64,000 nt of DNA, from the NCBI GenBank assembly GCA_963792965.1, contig CAWBYW010000007.1:32001-96000 (forward strand), in the 5' to 3' direction. The notes under the pieces were generated by a model. The model was not told where the DNA came from and searched no databases. It was given only the letters and a program-made list of their open reading frames with translations. Source of the stretch: an uncultured delta proteobacterium. GTDB lineage: Bacteria; Desulfobacterota; Zymogenia; Zymogenales; Zymogenaceae. Shown piece by piece: positions 31,100 through 42,191 of this stretch. Position numbers and translations under genes: made by a program. How positions within the stretch are numbered: position 1 is the stretch's first letter; every line of letters begins with the position of its first letter.

Positions 31100-31215
31100 C
31101 GCGGCAGCCGGGATTGCCGCCACGATCAGGAATATCTGGCTTCTTTCCTTGGGGACCCCCGACGTTTCCCGGCCGTCCGTATCGAGCCCTCAAACGACTT
31201 CATAGAACAATAATC

Positions 31216-33510
31216 TCACGCTCTCTGCTTTATCCGCATCGCCCCAATCCCTGTGGCCGCGGCCGCGCAGAGGTTTGCGGCGCATACCAACAGCACCGTT
31301 GCCACAAGACCGAAGATGGGAATCATGACGACCGAGGCCGTCAGTGCGCCGATCGATGCCCCCAATAGGTTGGTGCCGTAGACAAGCCCGCCTGACGACT
31401 CCGCCGAAAACCCGGACCAAGAAAGGGCGCGAGACGCCGTCACGAAGTGAAAGCCACACAGAATCCCGCAGAGCATATTCAGGAAAGAAAAGAAGAGATC
31501 GAGCCCGCTCACCAGCCCCGCCGGCGCGTACGTCGAGAAGAAATAGAGGACGGCGATAATCAGAAGGCTCAGGGCGGCGTAAAGGAGCTGGATGACGACG
31601 AGCGTCCGCCACGGCCGGCGTATGCGGTCGACGGCTCTGCGCGCGGCGGCCGTCCCCGCAAAAAGCCCGACCATGAAGGCGCTCACGATCAGCCCAAGGC
31701 TGAAGTAGACGTATCCGTAGAAGGTCTGGAAGGCGATAATAATGACGACCTCAAGTGAGATCTCTGAAAGGCCCGAGGTCAGGGCCGCCGGGGCGAGCGT
31801 CATGAAGGAGGACAATCCGGCCCTGCGGCGGACAAGGCCGAGCGCGCCGATATAGCAGGTCGTGATAAGCAAGAGCGTAACGCCGGGCCACGCCGGTTTA
31901 AGGCTCGAGAGCCGGCCGAGAAGGATCTTAGTCCCCGGTGAAAGCGAGAAGCTCCAGAGGATCATGTCGTAGAGGTAGGAGATCGGCGCGAGGTCCGTAT
32001 TGAGACGGTTACCGGAGGCGTTGTTGATGCTGTCGTTGACATATTTGATTCTTTCTGGGCTGAGCTTATAGGGGAGGTAATACTCCGTGACGTAGCTATT
32101 GATGATCTTTCGCGCTTTCATGCGTGCGATGAGGAGGGCGGGATCGACAGTGATTCGTCCCGGGTCGGCCGATGCCAGAAAATATGCCGTTTCCCCGGGG
32201 ACAACCGCCGTGTGGGGGAAGACAGCGCCGAGCGTGAGCGCGATGCTCCTCAGAAACGAGGCCAACGCCGGACTGATGATCTCCTCCGAGGAGCCGACCG
32301 AGATCGAAAAGACGCCCCCGGGCGACAGCACCCTTCTTGTCTCCATGAAGAACTCGCGGGTGAAGTACCGGTTGATGCGGGCGCTGACGGGATCGGCCAT
32401 GTTCACGATGATGACGTCGTAGCGCTCGTCGGTCTTCTTAATAAAGAGGCGTCCGTCCGTGTGGATGACGCGAACACGTTTATCCCCGAGGGGCCTGACC
32501 GCCTCCGGGGGCAGGCGCCTCTTGCCGAGGTCGACGAGGGACGGATCGAGCTCAACGTAATCGACGCGCGCAACCGAGGGGTGCTTGAGTATCTGGGTCA
32601 GGGTCGAAGAGATCCCTCCACCGACCAGCAGCACGCGCACGGGCCTCGGATGCATCAGCATGGGGTAGATGACCCGCTCCTCCGTGGTCATCAGATCGGG
32701 GTAGGTAAACGAGAGAACCCCGTTGTCGTAAAAGGTGATCTGGCTTTGGGCTTTCGTCACGGTGATGTTGCCATAGATCGAGTCGATGGACTCGAGAATC
32801 GAAAAGTCCTTCCACTGAAACCGCCGCGTCATCTCTTCGATGTCGGGGACGGGGGATAAGAGCTGGGTGAGAAAAAAGACCGAAACCACCGCAGAAAAGA
32901 GAATAGTAATGCCTCGTCGGTCGATCACCGAGAAGAAAAATGCCGCGCAGGACAGAAATAAGGCGATAATCCATGATATGGACAGTGCATCGAAGTATCG
33001 GATGAGGACGAGGCTCGTGATAATGCCGCCGACCGACGAGCCGATGGATTCCATCAGATAGATTGTGGCCGGCCGTGTGCCTGATCCTTCCTCTTTTGTA
33101 TCGGCGGCCGCCGCGCGGATGAACAACGGGAACAGGCACCCCGAGAGGAGACAGAAGGGCATGAGGACTACACCGACGACGAGGATCATAGCGCCCATCC
33201 CGACGATCTCACCCTGCGATATCCCCATGAGGCCCTTACTGATGCGGGCAAGCGCAACGGTCAGCGGGAGCAGGAGACCGAGGATGAGGAGGAATATTGG
33301 GAGGGCACGGGGGCGGACAGGGGCCTTCCCGGCGATGACGGTGCCGAGGTAGCCGCCGGCCGCCGTCCACAGGAGCCATGTCAAAAGGCAGATACCCGTG
33401 GAGAGCTCGTTGCCATAAAAGAGGACCATGATCTCCCGCATGAGGATGATCTGGCCGGCAATTGATGCGACCCCGAGCATGATCGCACCGCTGTGTGCGC
33501 GTTGGTTCAT
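31216..33510 (-). CDS. Polytopic fused MFS-like/spermidine-synthase-fold protein
   Basis: About 7 TM, then a Rossmann SAM domain ([39 protein letters not shown]), then about 7 TM that echo the first bundle. Confidence 0.85.
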   Translation of the reverse strand: MNQRAHSGAIMLGVASIAGQIILMREIMVLFYGNELSTGICLLTWLLWTAAGGYLGTVIAGKAPVRPRALPIFLLILGLLLPLTVALARISKGLMGISQGEIVGMGAMILVVGVVLMPFCLLSGCLFPLFIRAAAADTKEEGSGTRPATIYLMESIGSSVGGIITSLVLIRYFDALSISWIIALFLSCAAFFFSVIDRRGITILFSAVVSVFFLTQLLSPVPDIEEMTRRFQWKDFSILESIDSIYGNITVTKAQSQITFYDNGVLSFTYPDLMTTEERVIYPMLMHPRPVRVLLVGGGISSTLTQILKHPSVARVDYVELDPSLVDLGKRRLPPEAVRPLGDKRVRVIHTDGRLFIKKTDERYDVIIVNMADPVSARINRYFTREFFMETRRVLSPGGVFSISVGSSEEIISPALASFLRSIALTLGAVFPHTAVVPGETAYFLASADPGRITVDPALLIARMKARKIINSYVTEYYLPYKLSPERIKYVNDSINNASGNRLNTDLAPISYLYDMILWSFSLSPGTKILLGRLSSLKPAWPGVTLLLITTCYIGALGLVRRRAGLSSFMTLAPAALTSGLSEISLEVVIIIAFQTFYGYVYFSLGLIVSAFMVGLFAGTAAARRAVDRIRRPWRTLVVIQLLYAALSLLIIAVLYFFSTYAPAGLVSGLDLFFSFLNMLCGILCGFHFVTASRALSWSGFSAESSGGLVYGTNLLGASIGALTASVVMIPIFGLVATVLLVCAANLCAAAATGIGAMRIKQRA

Positions 33511-33700
33511 TGAGCTCTCTCAGGTTTTTTTATTGTATCATGGATTGATGAAGGGCCGGGGAAAAACATCCGGCCGATGGGGAGAAGATCAACAATTACC
33601 CTTGCAAAAAAGGACAGAATATGATAACTATTCACCTTTAAGCGGAACAGCGGGCCGAAGGCCGGCAGAGAGTACGAGTGACGGAGAAGACAGATCGACG

Positions 33701-36196
33701 ATGAAAAAATATGAACCGGCCGCCTTAGAGGCGCGGTGGCAGAAATACTGGGAAGATAAGAAAGTATTCAGGTCCTTAGAGGACCCGAAGAAAGAGAAAT
33801 ACTACGTGCTGGAGATGTTTCCCTACCCTTCAGGTCGGATTCACATGGGGCACGTGCGCAATTACAGCATCACGGACCTGGTCGCCCGCTACAAGATGAT
33901 GCGGGGCTATAACGTGTTGCACCCCATGGGGTGGGACGCCTTCGGGATGCCCGCGGAAAACGCCGCCATCCAGAAGGGGATGCACCCCGCCGCCTTTACC
34001 TACGAAAACATCGACTACATGAAAAAGCAGCTCAAGGCGATGGGCTTTTCGTACGACTGGGACCGCGAGCTTGCGACCTGCGACCCTGAATATTACCGGT
34101 GGGAACAGTGGCTCTTCCTCAAGATGCTCGAGGCGGGGCTCGCCTATCAGAAGAAATCCTTCGTCAACTGGTGCAATGTCTGCCAGACGGTGCTCGCCAA
34201 CGAGCAGGTCATCTCAGGCCGGTGCTGGCGGTGCGACAACGAGGTGACCCAGCGGGAGATCAGGGGCTGGTTCTTCAAGATCACGGAATACGCCGAGGAC
34301 CTTCTGGAGTACCTGGAACGGCTACCCGGCTGGCCCGAGCGGGTCCTCACCATGCAGAGAAACTGGATCGGCAAGAGCTTTGGTGCCGAGATCAGGTTCC
34401 CGCTGAAAGACAAGGAGGGTTTCATCCCGGTCTTCACGACGCGTCAGGACACCGTCTTCGGGGCGACCTTTATGGTGCTGGCCCCGGAGCATCCGCTCAC
34501 CATCGAGCTGTCGCGGGGGACCCCCGAGGAGAAGAAGGTTGACGCCTTCGTCGACCGGATGCTCAAGACCGACAAGATCAAGCGCTCGTCGGAGGACTAC
34601 GAAAAGGAAGGCGTCTTCGTCGGGGCTTACTGCAAAAACCCCTTCACCGGGCGCGAGATGCCGGTCTTTGCGGCGAACTTCGCCCTCATGGAGTACGGCA
34701 CGGGGGCCGTCATGGCCGTCCCGGCCCACGACGAGAGGGACTTCGAATTTGCTAAGAAATACAGCCTGCCCGTCATCGTCGTCATCACACCTGAAGAAAA
34801 GGCACTCGTCGCCGAAAAGATGAACGAGGCTTACGTCGAAGACGGGATCCTCGTCAACTCCGGCCCCTTTGACGGAATGCGGAACCGCGCCGCCATGGAC
34901 GCTATTATCGACGAGCTTGAAAAGCGGGGACTCGGGAAACGTACGGTCAACTATCGGCTGCGAGACTGGGGGATTTCCCGCCAACGCTACTGGGGGGCGC
35001 CGATCCCCATCGTCTACTGCGAGAAATGCGGCGTTGTGCCGGTACCGGAAGCGGATCTGCCGGTGCTCTTGCCGCTCGACGTTCAGGTCACGGGGCAGGG
35101 GGGATCGCCCCTGGAGCAGTACGAGCCGTTCGTGAAGACCCAGTGCCCGATATGCAAGGAGCCCGCGCGGCGCGAGACCGATACGATGGACACCTTCGTC
35201 GAATCGTCGTGGTACTACGCCCGGTACTCCTGTCCGGACTATGATAAGGGGATGGTCGAAAAGAAACGGGTCGACTACTGGCTTCCCGTGGACCAGTATA
35301 TCGGGGGCATCGAGCACGCGATCCTGCATCTCCTCTACTCCCGGTTCTACAGCCGCATCATGGAGCGCTTCGGTCTGGTTACGTATAAAGAGCCGTTCAC
35401 CCGGCTCCTCACCCAGGGCATGGTGATCAAGGAAGGGGCCAAGATGAGCAAGTCGAAGGGAAACGTCGTCGACCCGGACGATATGGTGAAAAAGTACGGG
35501 GCCGATACGACGCGTCTCTTCATGCTCTTTGCGTCGCCTCCCGAAAAAGAGCTCGAGTGGAGCGATCAGGGGATAGATGGATCGTACCGATTCCTCGGCC
35601 GACTCTGGCGGATCATCGCCGACAACATGACGCTTATCGGTAAGGTCAAGGGGCCCTCCGGAGACGGGAGGGTGGGGATGACCGATCGGGGGATCAGGTT
35701 GCGCCGTAAAACACACCAGACCATCAGAAAGGTGACGGAAGACATCGAGGAGCGCTTTCATTTCAATACCGCCATCGCCGCCGTCATGGAGCTCGTCAAC
35801 GAGATGTATGCCTTTACCGCCGACACACAACCGATCGGTGGTGCGGACGCGGCCGTATTCAAAGAGGCGGCCGAGGCCGCCGTGCTGTTGCTTTCTCCCG
35901 CGGTCCCCCACATCTCTGAGGAACTATGGGAGATACTCGGCCACCGTCCCTCGATCGTCAGGGAAAAATGGCCGACGTTCGACGAACGACTTGCGAAAGA
36001 GGACGAGATCACCATCGTCGTGCAGGTCAACGGCAAGGTGCGCGGCAGGCTGCTCGTCGGGGCACAGACTCCGGATGACGAGATCAAACAGCAGGCGCTG
36101 GCCGACGAGAAGGTGATGGGATTTATCGAGGGAAAGGATATCCAGAAGGTGGTGGTTGTGCCCAAGAAGCTCGTGAATATCGTGGTGGCCAAGTAA
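33701..36196 (+). CDS. leuS: Leucine--tRNA ligase
   Basis: [13 protein letters not shown] (HIGH), [45 protein letters not shown]. Confidence 0.97.
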   Translation: MKKYEPAALEARWQKYWEDKKVFRSLEDPKKEKYYVLEMFPYPSGRIHMGHVRNYSITDLVARYKMMRGYNVLHPMGWDAFGMPAENAAIQKGMHPAAFTYENIDYMKKQLKAMGFSYDWDRELATCDPEYYRWEQWLFLKMLEAGLAYQKKSFVNWCNVCQTVLANEQVISGRCWRCDNEVTQREIRGWFFKITEYAEDLLEYLERLPGWPERVLTMQRNWIGKSFGAEIRFPLKDKEGFIPVFTTRQDTVFGATFMVLAPEHPLTIELSRGTPEEKKVDAFVDRMLKTDKIKRSSEDYEKEGVFVGAYCKNPFTGREMPVFAANFALMEYGTGAVMAVPAHDERDFEFAKKYSLPVIVVITPEEKALVAEKMNEAYVEDGILVNSGPFDGMRNRAAMDAIIDELEKRGLGKRTVNYRLRDWGISRQRYWGAPIPIVYCEKCGVVPVPEADLPVLLPLDVQVTGQGGSPLEQYEPFVKTQCPICKEPARRETDTMDTFVESSWYYARYSCPDYDKGMVEKKRVDYWLPVDQYIGGIEHAILHLLYSRFYSRIMERFGLVTYKEPFTRLLTQGMVIKEGAKMSKSKGNVVDPDDMVKKYGADTTRLFMLFASPPEKELEWSDQGIDGSYRFLGRLWRIIADNMTLIGKVKGPSGDGRVGMTDRGIRLRRKTHQTIRKVTEDIEERFHFNTAIAAVMELVNEMYAFTADTQPIGGADAAVFKEAAEAAVLLLSPAVPHISEELWEILGHRPSIVREKWPTFDERLAKEDEITIVVQVNGKVRGRLLVGAQTPDDEIKQQALADEKVMGFIEGKDIQKVVVVPKKLVNIVVAK

Positions 36197-36224
36197 GGCG
36201 AAACACGCTCCGGATGATAGAGGT

Positions 36225-36260
36225 GCCGCGCGGGCACGGAGAGTGCGCGCGGCGGTTTTA
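36225..36260 (+). terminator. Putative intrinsic terminator or attenuator between leuS and lptE
   Basis: GC-rich hairpin GCCGCGCG...CGCGCGGC followed by GGTTTTA. Confidence 0.5.
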
Positions 36261-36304
36261 TTCGATACACTTTTTCAGCCGTTAAACCGGCATGGGGTCA
36301 TGCT

Positions 36305-36829
36305 ATGAACACCATACAAAAAACGGTGAAGGTTTGCATCACCCTTGTGGTCGTCGGCGCCCTCTGTGGGTGCGGTTATGCCATTGTCAACACGAAGGCG
36401 CAGCTCCCGCCGGACGTCAGGAAGGTCTATATCCCGTCATTCATTAACCTGACGGACGAGCCGAGTATCGGGGTCATCATGTCCTCCGCGCTGATACGCG
36501 AGATACTGAAATCCGGGGCGCTGGTTCCGGTGGCCAAAGAGGACGCGGATGCCGATCTGATCGGGACGGTTAAGTCGATCAACTATTACAACCGTGTATA
36601 TAACGCGAACGATAAGGCCGTCCTCGTGACGGCGACCGTGGACGCGTCGGTCAAGCTCATGAAAAAGAGCGGGGAAGTAGTCTGGGAAGTCCCCGATCTC
36701 GTCTACAGCGATGATTTCACTATTGGGAGTACCATGCTTGTGCTTGACGCGGACAAGGAATTAGTCCTTGAGTCTATCGCCAAGGAAATCGCGATGGAAT
36801 TTCACGATCGGCTCGTATTTGGATACTGA
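36305..36829 (+). CDS. lptE: LptE family lipoprotein
   Basis: Lipobox LCG-CGY, VYIPSFINLTDEP; conserved leuS-lptE-holA order. Confidence 0.8.
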   Translation: MNTIQKTVKVCITLVVVGALCGCGYAIVNTKAQLPPDVRKVYIPSFINLTDEPSIGVIMSSALIREILKSGALVPVAKEDADADLIGTVKSINYYNRVYNANDKAVLVTATVDASVKLMKKSGEVVWEVPDLVYSDDFTIGSTMLVLDADKELVLESIAKEIAMEFHDRLVFGY

Positions 36830-36940
36830 TCTCCTTCCTTGCGGGAGGGCGATCGGGGTGACGTCTTTCGGGATATTCGGGCTCGATCGGGAAGGAGCTC
36901 ACTGTCCCGGCGGACGTAGGGAAATCTATCTTCGCATTGG

Positions 36941-38017
36941 ATGCCGATGACACGGTTATACGCGTCTCTTAAAGAGCTCGACCGGGACTTAAAGGACGGG
37001 AAATTTAGCCCCGTCTATTTTTTTTACGGCGAGAACGATTTCCTGATCCGTGAATACGAGGAACGTCTGTCCGGGGCGGCGCTTGCGGGTGGAGGGTTGT
37101 TCGGGGAGCTGTTGTGCAGCGTTTTTTACGCCGGCGATAATACGGCGACCGAGGTATTGAACGCGGCCATGACGATCCCCATGGGTGGGGCGCGGAAGGT
37201 TATCGTCTTGCGGGGGGCCGAAAAACTCAAGGCCAAGGAAGCCGATGCGATCGTCACCTACGCGAAGGATCCGTCTCCGAGGACAATTCTCCTTATCGTT
37301 GCGCGGGGTATAGGGAAGGGAAAATGGGTTTCGGGGATTGCCGCTCCGCCCGGGGACAAGCTTACGGAAATTGCCAAGCAAAGCGCGACCGTCTTCTTTG
37401 CCAAGGCCAGAGAAGTCGACGTACGCGAGTGGGTGATCAAACGGTTCCAGGCGGAGGGCAAAGAAATCGATCATGAGGCGCTTGACGTTATCATCGATTT
37501 CATCGGGCAGGATCTCTCGGCGGTATCGATGGAGGTCGAGAAACTCCTCATATACTTAGGGGAAGCCGGGCGGGCAAGCCTTTCGGACGTGGAGGAGGTC
37601 CTTCCCTATCTTCGCGTGCATACGGTCTTCGAGCTGACCGACGCACTCTCGAGGGGAGACCTTGCGGCTTCCGTCGAAATGCTGCGGGAGGTAATGTCCG
37701 AAGGGGCCGAATACACGCAGGTTCTCTCAACGATACGCTGGCACTTTATGAGGCTGTGGACACTGAAGGTGATGCTGGATGAAGGAGTTCAGGAGGGGAC
37801 GATTTCCAGGGATCTAAGAATACCGTCGTTTCGTCTTGCGGAGTATGTATCGCAGGCGCACAGGATCCCGCACGAGATACTCCGCAGGGTTTTTCGGGAG
37901 TTCTATAAAACCGACAGGCTGTTAAAATCGAGGTCCGGAAAAGGCACAGTGGTGATGGATAAGATGGTTCAGGACATCACCGCTATGATGCGGACAGGGC
38001 GTTATACTTCCGCGTGA
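36941..38017 (+). CDS. holA: DNA polymerase III delta subunit
   Basis: PVYFFYGENDFLI, EVEKLLIY, VFELTDAL, DRLLKS; sits between lptE and rpsT. Confidence 0.9.
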   Translation: MPMTRLYASLKELDRDLKDGKFSPVYFFYGENDFLIREYEERLSGAALAGGGLFGELLCSVFYAGDNTATEVLNAAMTIPMGGARKVIVLRGAEKLKAKEADAIVTYAKDPSPRTILLIVARGIGKGKWVSGIAAPPGDKLTEIAKQSATVFFAKAREVDVREWVIKRFQAEGKEIDHEALDVIIDFIGQDLSAVSMEVEKLLIYLGEAGRASLSDVEEVLPYLRVHTVFELTDALSRGDLAASVEMLREVMSEGAEYTQVLSTIRWHFMRLWTLKVMLDEGVQEGTISRDLRIPSFRLAEYVSQAHRIPHEILRRVFREFYKTDRLLKSRSGKGTVVMDKMVQDITAMMRTGRYTSA

Positions 38018-38252
38018 GGCGCGATATCTTGCGGGAGGCGTTCCTCTTGTGGATAACACCCTTGGACGCCGCCTTGCTGATGTAGCTTGAGGCAAGCCTC
38101 AGGTTCTCTTTTGCGGCGTCGGAGTTCTTCTCCTCGACGGTCGTGAGGAATTTTCTGATGAAGGTCTTGATGCTGGTTTTCACATGCCGATTTCTTGCTT
38201 TTCGTTTTTCGCCCTGCAGCATCCGTTTAACGGCAGACGCATGATTTGCCAA
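37983..38252 (-). CDS. rpsT: 30S ribosomal protein S20
   Basis: MANHASAVKR...RNRHVKTSIKT...KAASKGVIHKRNASRKISRL. Confidence 0.96.
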   Translation of the reverse strand: MANHASAVKRMLQGEKRKARNRHVKTSIKTFIRKFLTTVEEKNSDAAKENLRLASSYISKAASKGVIHKRNASRKISRLTRKYNALSAS

Positions 38253-38330
38253 ATCCTGTTTACTCCCTCAATAAAGGTAATTTGTTACTAATACATCTTA
38301 GAGGGTTATTTTGTCAAGGAAATTCTGAAT

Positions 38331-39911
38331 ATGTCTGAAAATTCCCATATGGTCAGGGCCGCAGGCGTCGTCGGAGCGGGCACCCTTGGTAGCCGTATCT
38401 TAGGCTTCATCAGGGACATGGTCATCGCGTTCTTCTTTGGGACGACGGACGCCGCCGACGCCTTCTTCGTAGCCTTCACCATCCCCAATCTGCTCAGGAG
38501 GCTCTTTGCCGAAGGCACCATGACGGTCGCGGTCATTCCCGTCTTTACGGAGAACCTCATCCATAACGGAAAAGAGGAGGCGGTACGAATCGCGCGTATC
38601 ACCATGACCTTTATGGCGATCATACTGACGCTTGCGGTCATTGCGGGGGTCATCTTTTCTCCCGAGATCCTCACGATATTCGCCCCGGGGTTTATACCGA
38701 ATCATGCGAAATGGGAGCTGACGGTTATGCTGACGAGGGTGATGTTTCCCTATATGCTCCTCATATCGCTCTCGGCCCTTGCAATGGGGGTTCTCAACAG
38801 CATGGGCCACTTCTTTTCACCCTCGGCGTCGCCGATGCTCTTTAATCTGGCGATGATCGTTTCGATGCTCGCTATCAGTCCATTCCTGAAGACCCCTATC
38901 CTTGGTCTCGCCCTCGGTGTTGTCATCGGGGGCGTGCTCATGCTGGCGCTGCAGGTACCGTTTCTTATGCAGAAAGGGGTTACTTTTCGGCCCGATTTTC
39001 ATTTCAATCATCCGGCCGTCAAGACGATCCTCAAGCTGATGATCCCGGCGATCTTCGGCGCCTCCATCTACCAGGTCAATGTCGTGGTGGTCAGGTTGCT
39101 CGCCTCCTTTCTGCCGGCGGGGAGCGTCTCTTACCTCTACTACGCCGACAGGCTTGATCAGTTTCCCCTCGGGATCTTCGCCGTAGCCCTCGGAACGGCA
39201 ATCCTCCCCACGATGAGCCGCATGGCCGCGGAAAAGAGGCTGGATGACCTCAAGCGCACCTTCATCGATGGGCTGTCGATGACCCTCTATATCACCATAC
39301 CGGCGGCGGCGGGCCTGGCAATCCTGTCGGTCCCGATCATCAGCGCTCTGTTCTTTCGGGGCGAGTTCAATTACACCTCGGTCCTCATGACGTCACGCGC
39401 CCTGGTTTTCTTTTCCCTCGGGCTTCCCTTCGTCGCGTCGATCAGGGTGCTGGCCAACGGCTTTTATGCCCTCAAGGATACGGCTACCCCCGTAAAGATC
39501 GGAATCGTCTCGATTATCGCCAACATCCTCCTTTCCGTTATCCTTGTGGTCCCCCTTGCCCATGCCGGGCTGGCGCTCGCGGTCTCCCTTGACGCCCTAT
39601 TGAACGCCGTGTTGCTCCTGGTCGTCTTTCGCAGGGTCATGGGGAGGCTCGGCCTCAAGCGACTCCTCATATCGATGACGCGAATGGGGGCCGGCTGCGT
39701 CGTCATGGCGACGACGGCCTGGTGGATCGCCGGATTTACCCGGTGGGACGTTACGGGGAGGAGCGCGGAGAAGACCATCGTGCTGACCGTCGCGATATTA
39801 GGCTCGCTCCTTGTCTACGGGGTCGTGACCCGGCTCATGGGCTCTCGAGAGCTGATGGCGATCGTCGGGCCTTTTATCAAGAAGTACAGAGGAGACAAAG
39901 AGGATCTATGA
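38331..39911 (+). CDS. murJ: Lipid II flippase MurJ
   Basis: SRILGFIRD, DAFFVAFTIPNLLRRLFAEG, YYADRL.QFPLG, FYALKDTATP. Confidence 0.95.
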   Translation: MSENSHMVRAAGVVGAGTLGSRILGFIRDMVIAFFFGTTDAADAFFVAFTIPNLLRRLFAEGTMTVAVIPVFTENLIHNGKEEAVRIARITMTFMAIILTLAVIAGVIFSPEILTIFAPGFIPNHAKWELTVMLTRVMFPYMLLISLSALAMGVLNSMGHFFSPSASPMLFNLAMIVSMLAISPFLKTPILGLALGVVIGGVLMLALQVPFLMQKGVTFRPDFHFNHPAVKTILKLMIPAIFGASIYQVNVVVVRLLASFLPAGSVSYLYYADRLDQFPLGIFAVALGTAILPTMSRMAAEKRLDDLKRTFIDGLSMTLYITIPAAAGLAILSVPIISALFFRGEFNYTSVLMTSRALVFFSLGLPFVASIRVLANGFYALKDTATPVKIGIVSIIANILLSVILVVPLAHAGLALAVSLDALLNAVLLLVVFRRVMGRLGLKRLLISMTRMGAGCVVMATTAWWIAGFTRWDVTGRSAEKTIVLTVAILGSLLVYGVVTRLMGSRELMAIVGPFIKKYRGDKEDL

Positions 39912-40466
39912 AGATTCCACACGCGCTCATCGAGACGAGGCTGGGCTGGGCGGGTTTGGTCGCCACCTCGGGGGGTATCGTTCGCTCCGCGCTGCCGACG
40001 AGGACTCGGGAAGGGGCGTTGCGGCAACTTGAGGTGCCGGCGGAGATTGTCGGTCGGTTGGTCGAGCCCCCTCAGGATACCGTGGATCTCATCTCGGCCT
40101 ATTTCCGTGGGGAGCCGGTCGATCTTCTCGGGGATCCCATTGGATCTTACCGGCATCACGGCTTTCAACCGGCGTGTCTACGACGTCCTGCTGACGATCG
40201 GCCGCGGACAGGTGATGACCTATAAGCAGGTCGCCGGGCGCGTCGGTAACTCAAGAGCCGCCCGGGCGGTCGGGGGCGCCGTCGGCCAAAACCCGGTCCC
40301 CCCCATTATCCCGTGCCACCGGGTGGTGGGAACGAGCGGGGATATGGTCGGCTTCTCGCGCGAGGGAGGCCTTGCGTTGAAACGGCGGCTCCTGGCGATG
40401 GAGGGCGTGGCCTTCCGGGGCGATCGGGTCGATCCGGCGGCTCTTACAGCTGTCCAAGGCCTTTGA
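39908..40466 (+). CDS. ogt: Methylated-DNA--protein-cysteine methyltransferase (frameshift near 40127)
   Basis: N-terminus MKIPHALIETRLGWAGL in one frame; TAFNRRVY...TYKQVA...RAVGGAVGQNP...IPCHRVV (active-site Cys) in the next frame. Confidence 0.88.
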
Positions 40467-40511
40467 AAGTACGACCCTTTGACGATCCGATGAGGTCAAG
40501 AGGAAAAGGAT

Positions 40512-42032
40512 ATGTTCAGAAAGGCGCTGCTTGATCCGAATACCTTCTGTGTCAACTGGGAGCTGATCCCCGGAAGGGGCTCCCGTGAGCGGCAGCAGGA
40601 AGAGGTGATGCGGTTTGCCGAAGCGGCCGCCCGGTCAAAAAAGATCCACGGCATCGGGCTGACCGATAACCCGGGGGGGGGACCCGCCATCTCGGCGGAG
40701 TTTATGGCGGCCGAGATCGTAAAGCTCGGCATCGAGCCCCTCGTTCACTTTGCCTGCCGCGATAAAAACCGCACTGAGCTGGAAAGCATGCTCTACGCCC
40801 TGTCACGGTGCGAGGCCGATAATCTGCTCATCCTTTCGGGCGACTATCCGACGGACGGGGGCTTCGGGGTCGCGAGGCCCGTCTTTGACGTCGACCCCGT
40901 CCACGTGCTGACATTAACCCGGCGGATGAACGCGGGGCTCGCCTATCAATACATGGGCAAGACGCTCACCCTCCCGCCGACCGACTTCTTCTGTGGGGCG
41001 GCAGTCTCCCCATTCAAGAGCACCGAGGCGGAGCTGATGGGACAGTACTGGAAATTGAAGAAGAAAATCGACGCGGGCGCACGCTTCGTTGTTACCCAGG
41101 TCGGCTACGATGCCCGCAAGCTTCATGAGCTCCTGACCTGGTTGAAAACCGGTGGATACGATATCCCGGTGCTCGCAAATATCTTTGTGCTCACCTATCC
41201 CGCCGCCAAGGCGATGCGCGAGGGGAGGGTGCCGGGCTGCGTGGTGACAGCCCGGTTGCTTTCGATGATCGAGGGAGAGAGGAATGCGCCGGATAAGGGG
41301 AGGGCGGCGCGCCTCACGAGGGCCGCCAAACAGTATGCGATCGCCAAGGGCATGGGATGCGCCGGGGCGCACATCGGGGGACACGGGGTAAACCCGGAGA
41401 TGGTGCTCGAGGTCATCGAGCATGGAGAGGAGCTTTCCCGCGATTGGGAGCGGTACGCAGGAGAATTCGACTTTCCTCAGGCGGGCGGTTTCTATTTCTT
41501 TACGAGGAATAATCGGAGCGGCTTGAACACCGACACGCCGTCCGTGAGGAATCAGAGGCCCGTCTATCCCCCCGGTTACTATTTCTCCCGGGCGGTCCAT
41601 CTCGCCCTTTTCGAGAGGAGGAGCCCGCTTTTCTTTTTGATGCGCCTGGGCGCAAAGGCCGTCGATTCGTCGAGGATCCTCACGGGCATTTTTGCGACGC
41701 TTGAAAACATTACGAAGGTGCTCCTCTACGAATGCCAGAACTGCGGTGACTGCGCCCTCTTCGACTGCGCCTATCTCTGCCCCATGTCGCAGTGCCCCAA
41801 GGGGCAGCGCAACGGGCCCTGCGGAGGCTCGTCGGAGGGATGGTGCGAGGTCTATCCGGGCGAGAAGAAATGCATCTGGGTGAGGGGATACCTAAGGCTC
41901 AAAGGGACGGGCAGCGAGGGTTCCATGGCGGACAATTACGTCCCCCCCTGCGACTGGGCGCTCTGGCGTACGTCGTCGTGGCTCAACTATTTCCTGGGCC
42001 GTGACCATCTCGGCAAGAAGATCGCCGGATAG
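40512..42032 (+). CDS. metF: Methylenetetrahydrofolate reductase fused to a C-terminal MetV-like Cys-rich domain
   Basis: TDNPGG, HFACRDKN, LSGDYP, KKKIDAGARFVVTQVGYD; C-terminal CQNCGDC...CPMSQCPK..RNGPCGGS..GWCEV...CIW. Confidence 0.85.
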   Translation: MFRKALLDPNTFCVNWELIPGRGSRERQQEEVMRFAEAAARSKKIHGIGLTDNPGGGPAISAEFMAAEIVKLGIEPLVHFACRDKNRTELESMLYALSRCEADNLLILSGDYPTDGGFGVARPVFDVDPVHVLTLTRRMNAGLAYQYMGKTLTLPPTDFFCGAAVSPFKSTEAELMGQYWKLKKKIDAGARFVVTQVGYDARKLHELLTWLKTGGYDIPVLANIFVLTYPAAKAMREGRVPGCVVTARLLSMIEGERNAPDKGRAARLTRAAKQYAIAKGMGCAGAHIGGHGVNPEMVLEVIEHGEELSRDWERYAGEFDFPQAGGFYFFTRNNRSGLNTDTPSVRNQRPVYPPGYYFSRAVHLALFERRSPLFFLMRLGAKAVDSSRILTGIFATLENITKVLLYECQNCGDCALFDCAYLCPMSQCPKGQRNGPCGGSSEGWCEVYPGEKKCIWVRGYLRLKGTGSEGSMADNYVPPCDWALWRTSSWLNYFLGRDHLGKKIAG

Positions 42033-42191
42033 TGGCGCGGCCGAACAAAGCGCGGAGATGCCCGGCCTCGGGAGGCTATCGGAAGAATTGACGCCTCGGC
42101 TCTGTTTAACGCGTTGCGGCCGACGCTGTCGTGATGATCACGGGATGATCAAAGCGAGGCGCGGCGCGGCGTAAACGGCTAAACCCGGATA

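Noticed and set aside
33511-33700. T-box leader for leuS, or the 922-aa extended LeuS ORF
   Set aside because: The spacer is too short and lacks T-box motifs. The ORF extension overlaps the divergent gene; the real start is 33701.
37983-38017. 35-bp convergent overlap of holA and rpsT as a regulatory feature
   Set aside because: Convergent holA and rpsT with a short overlap is a common arrangement.
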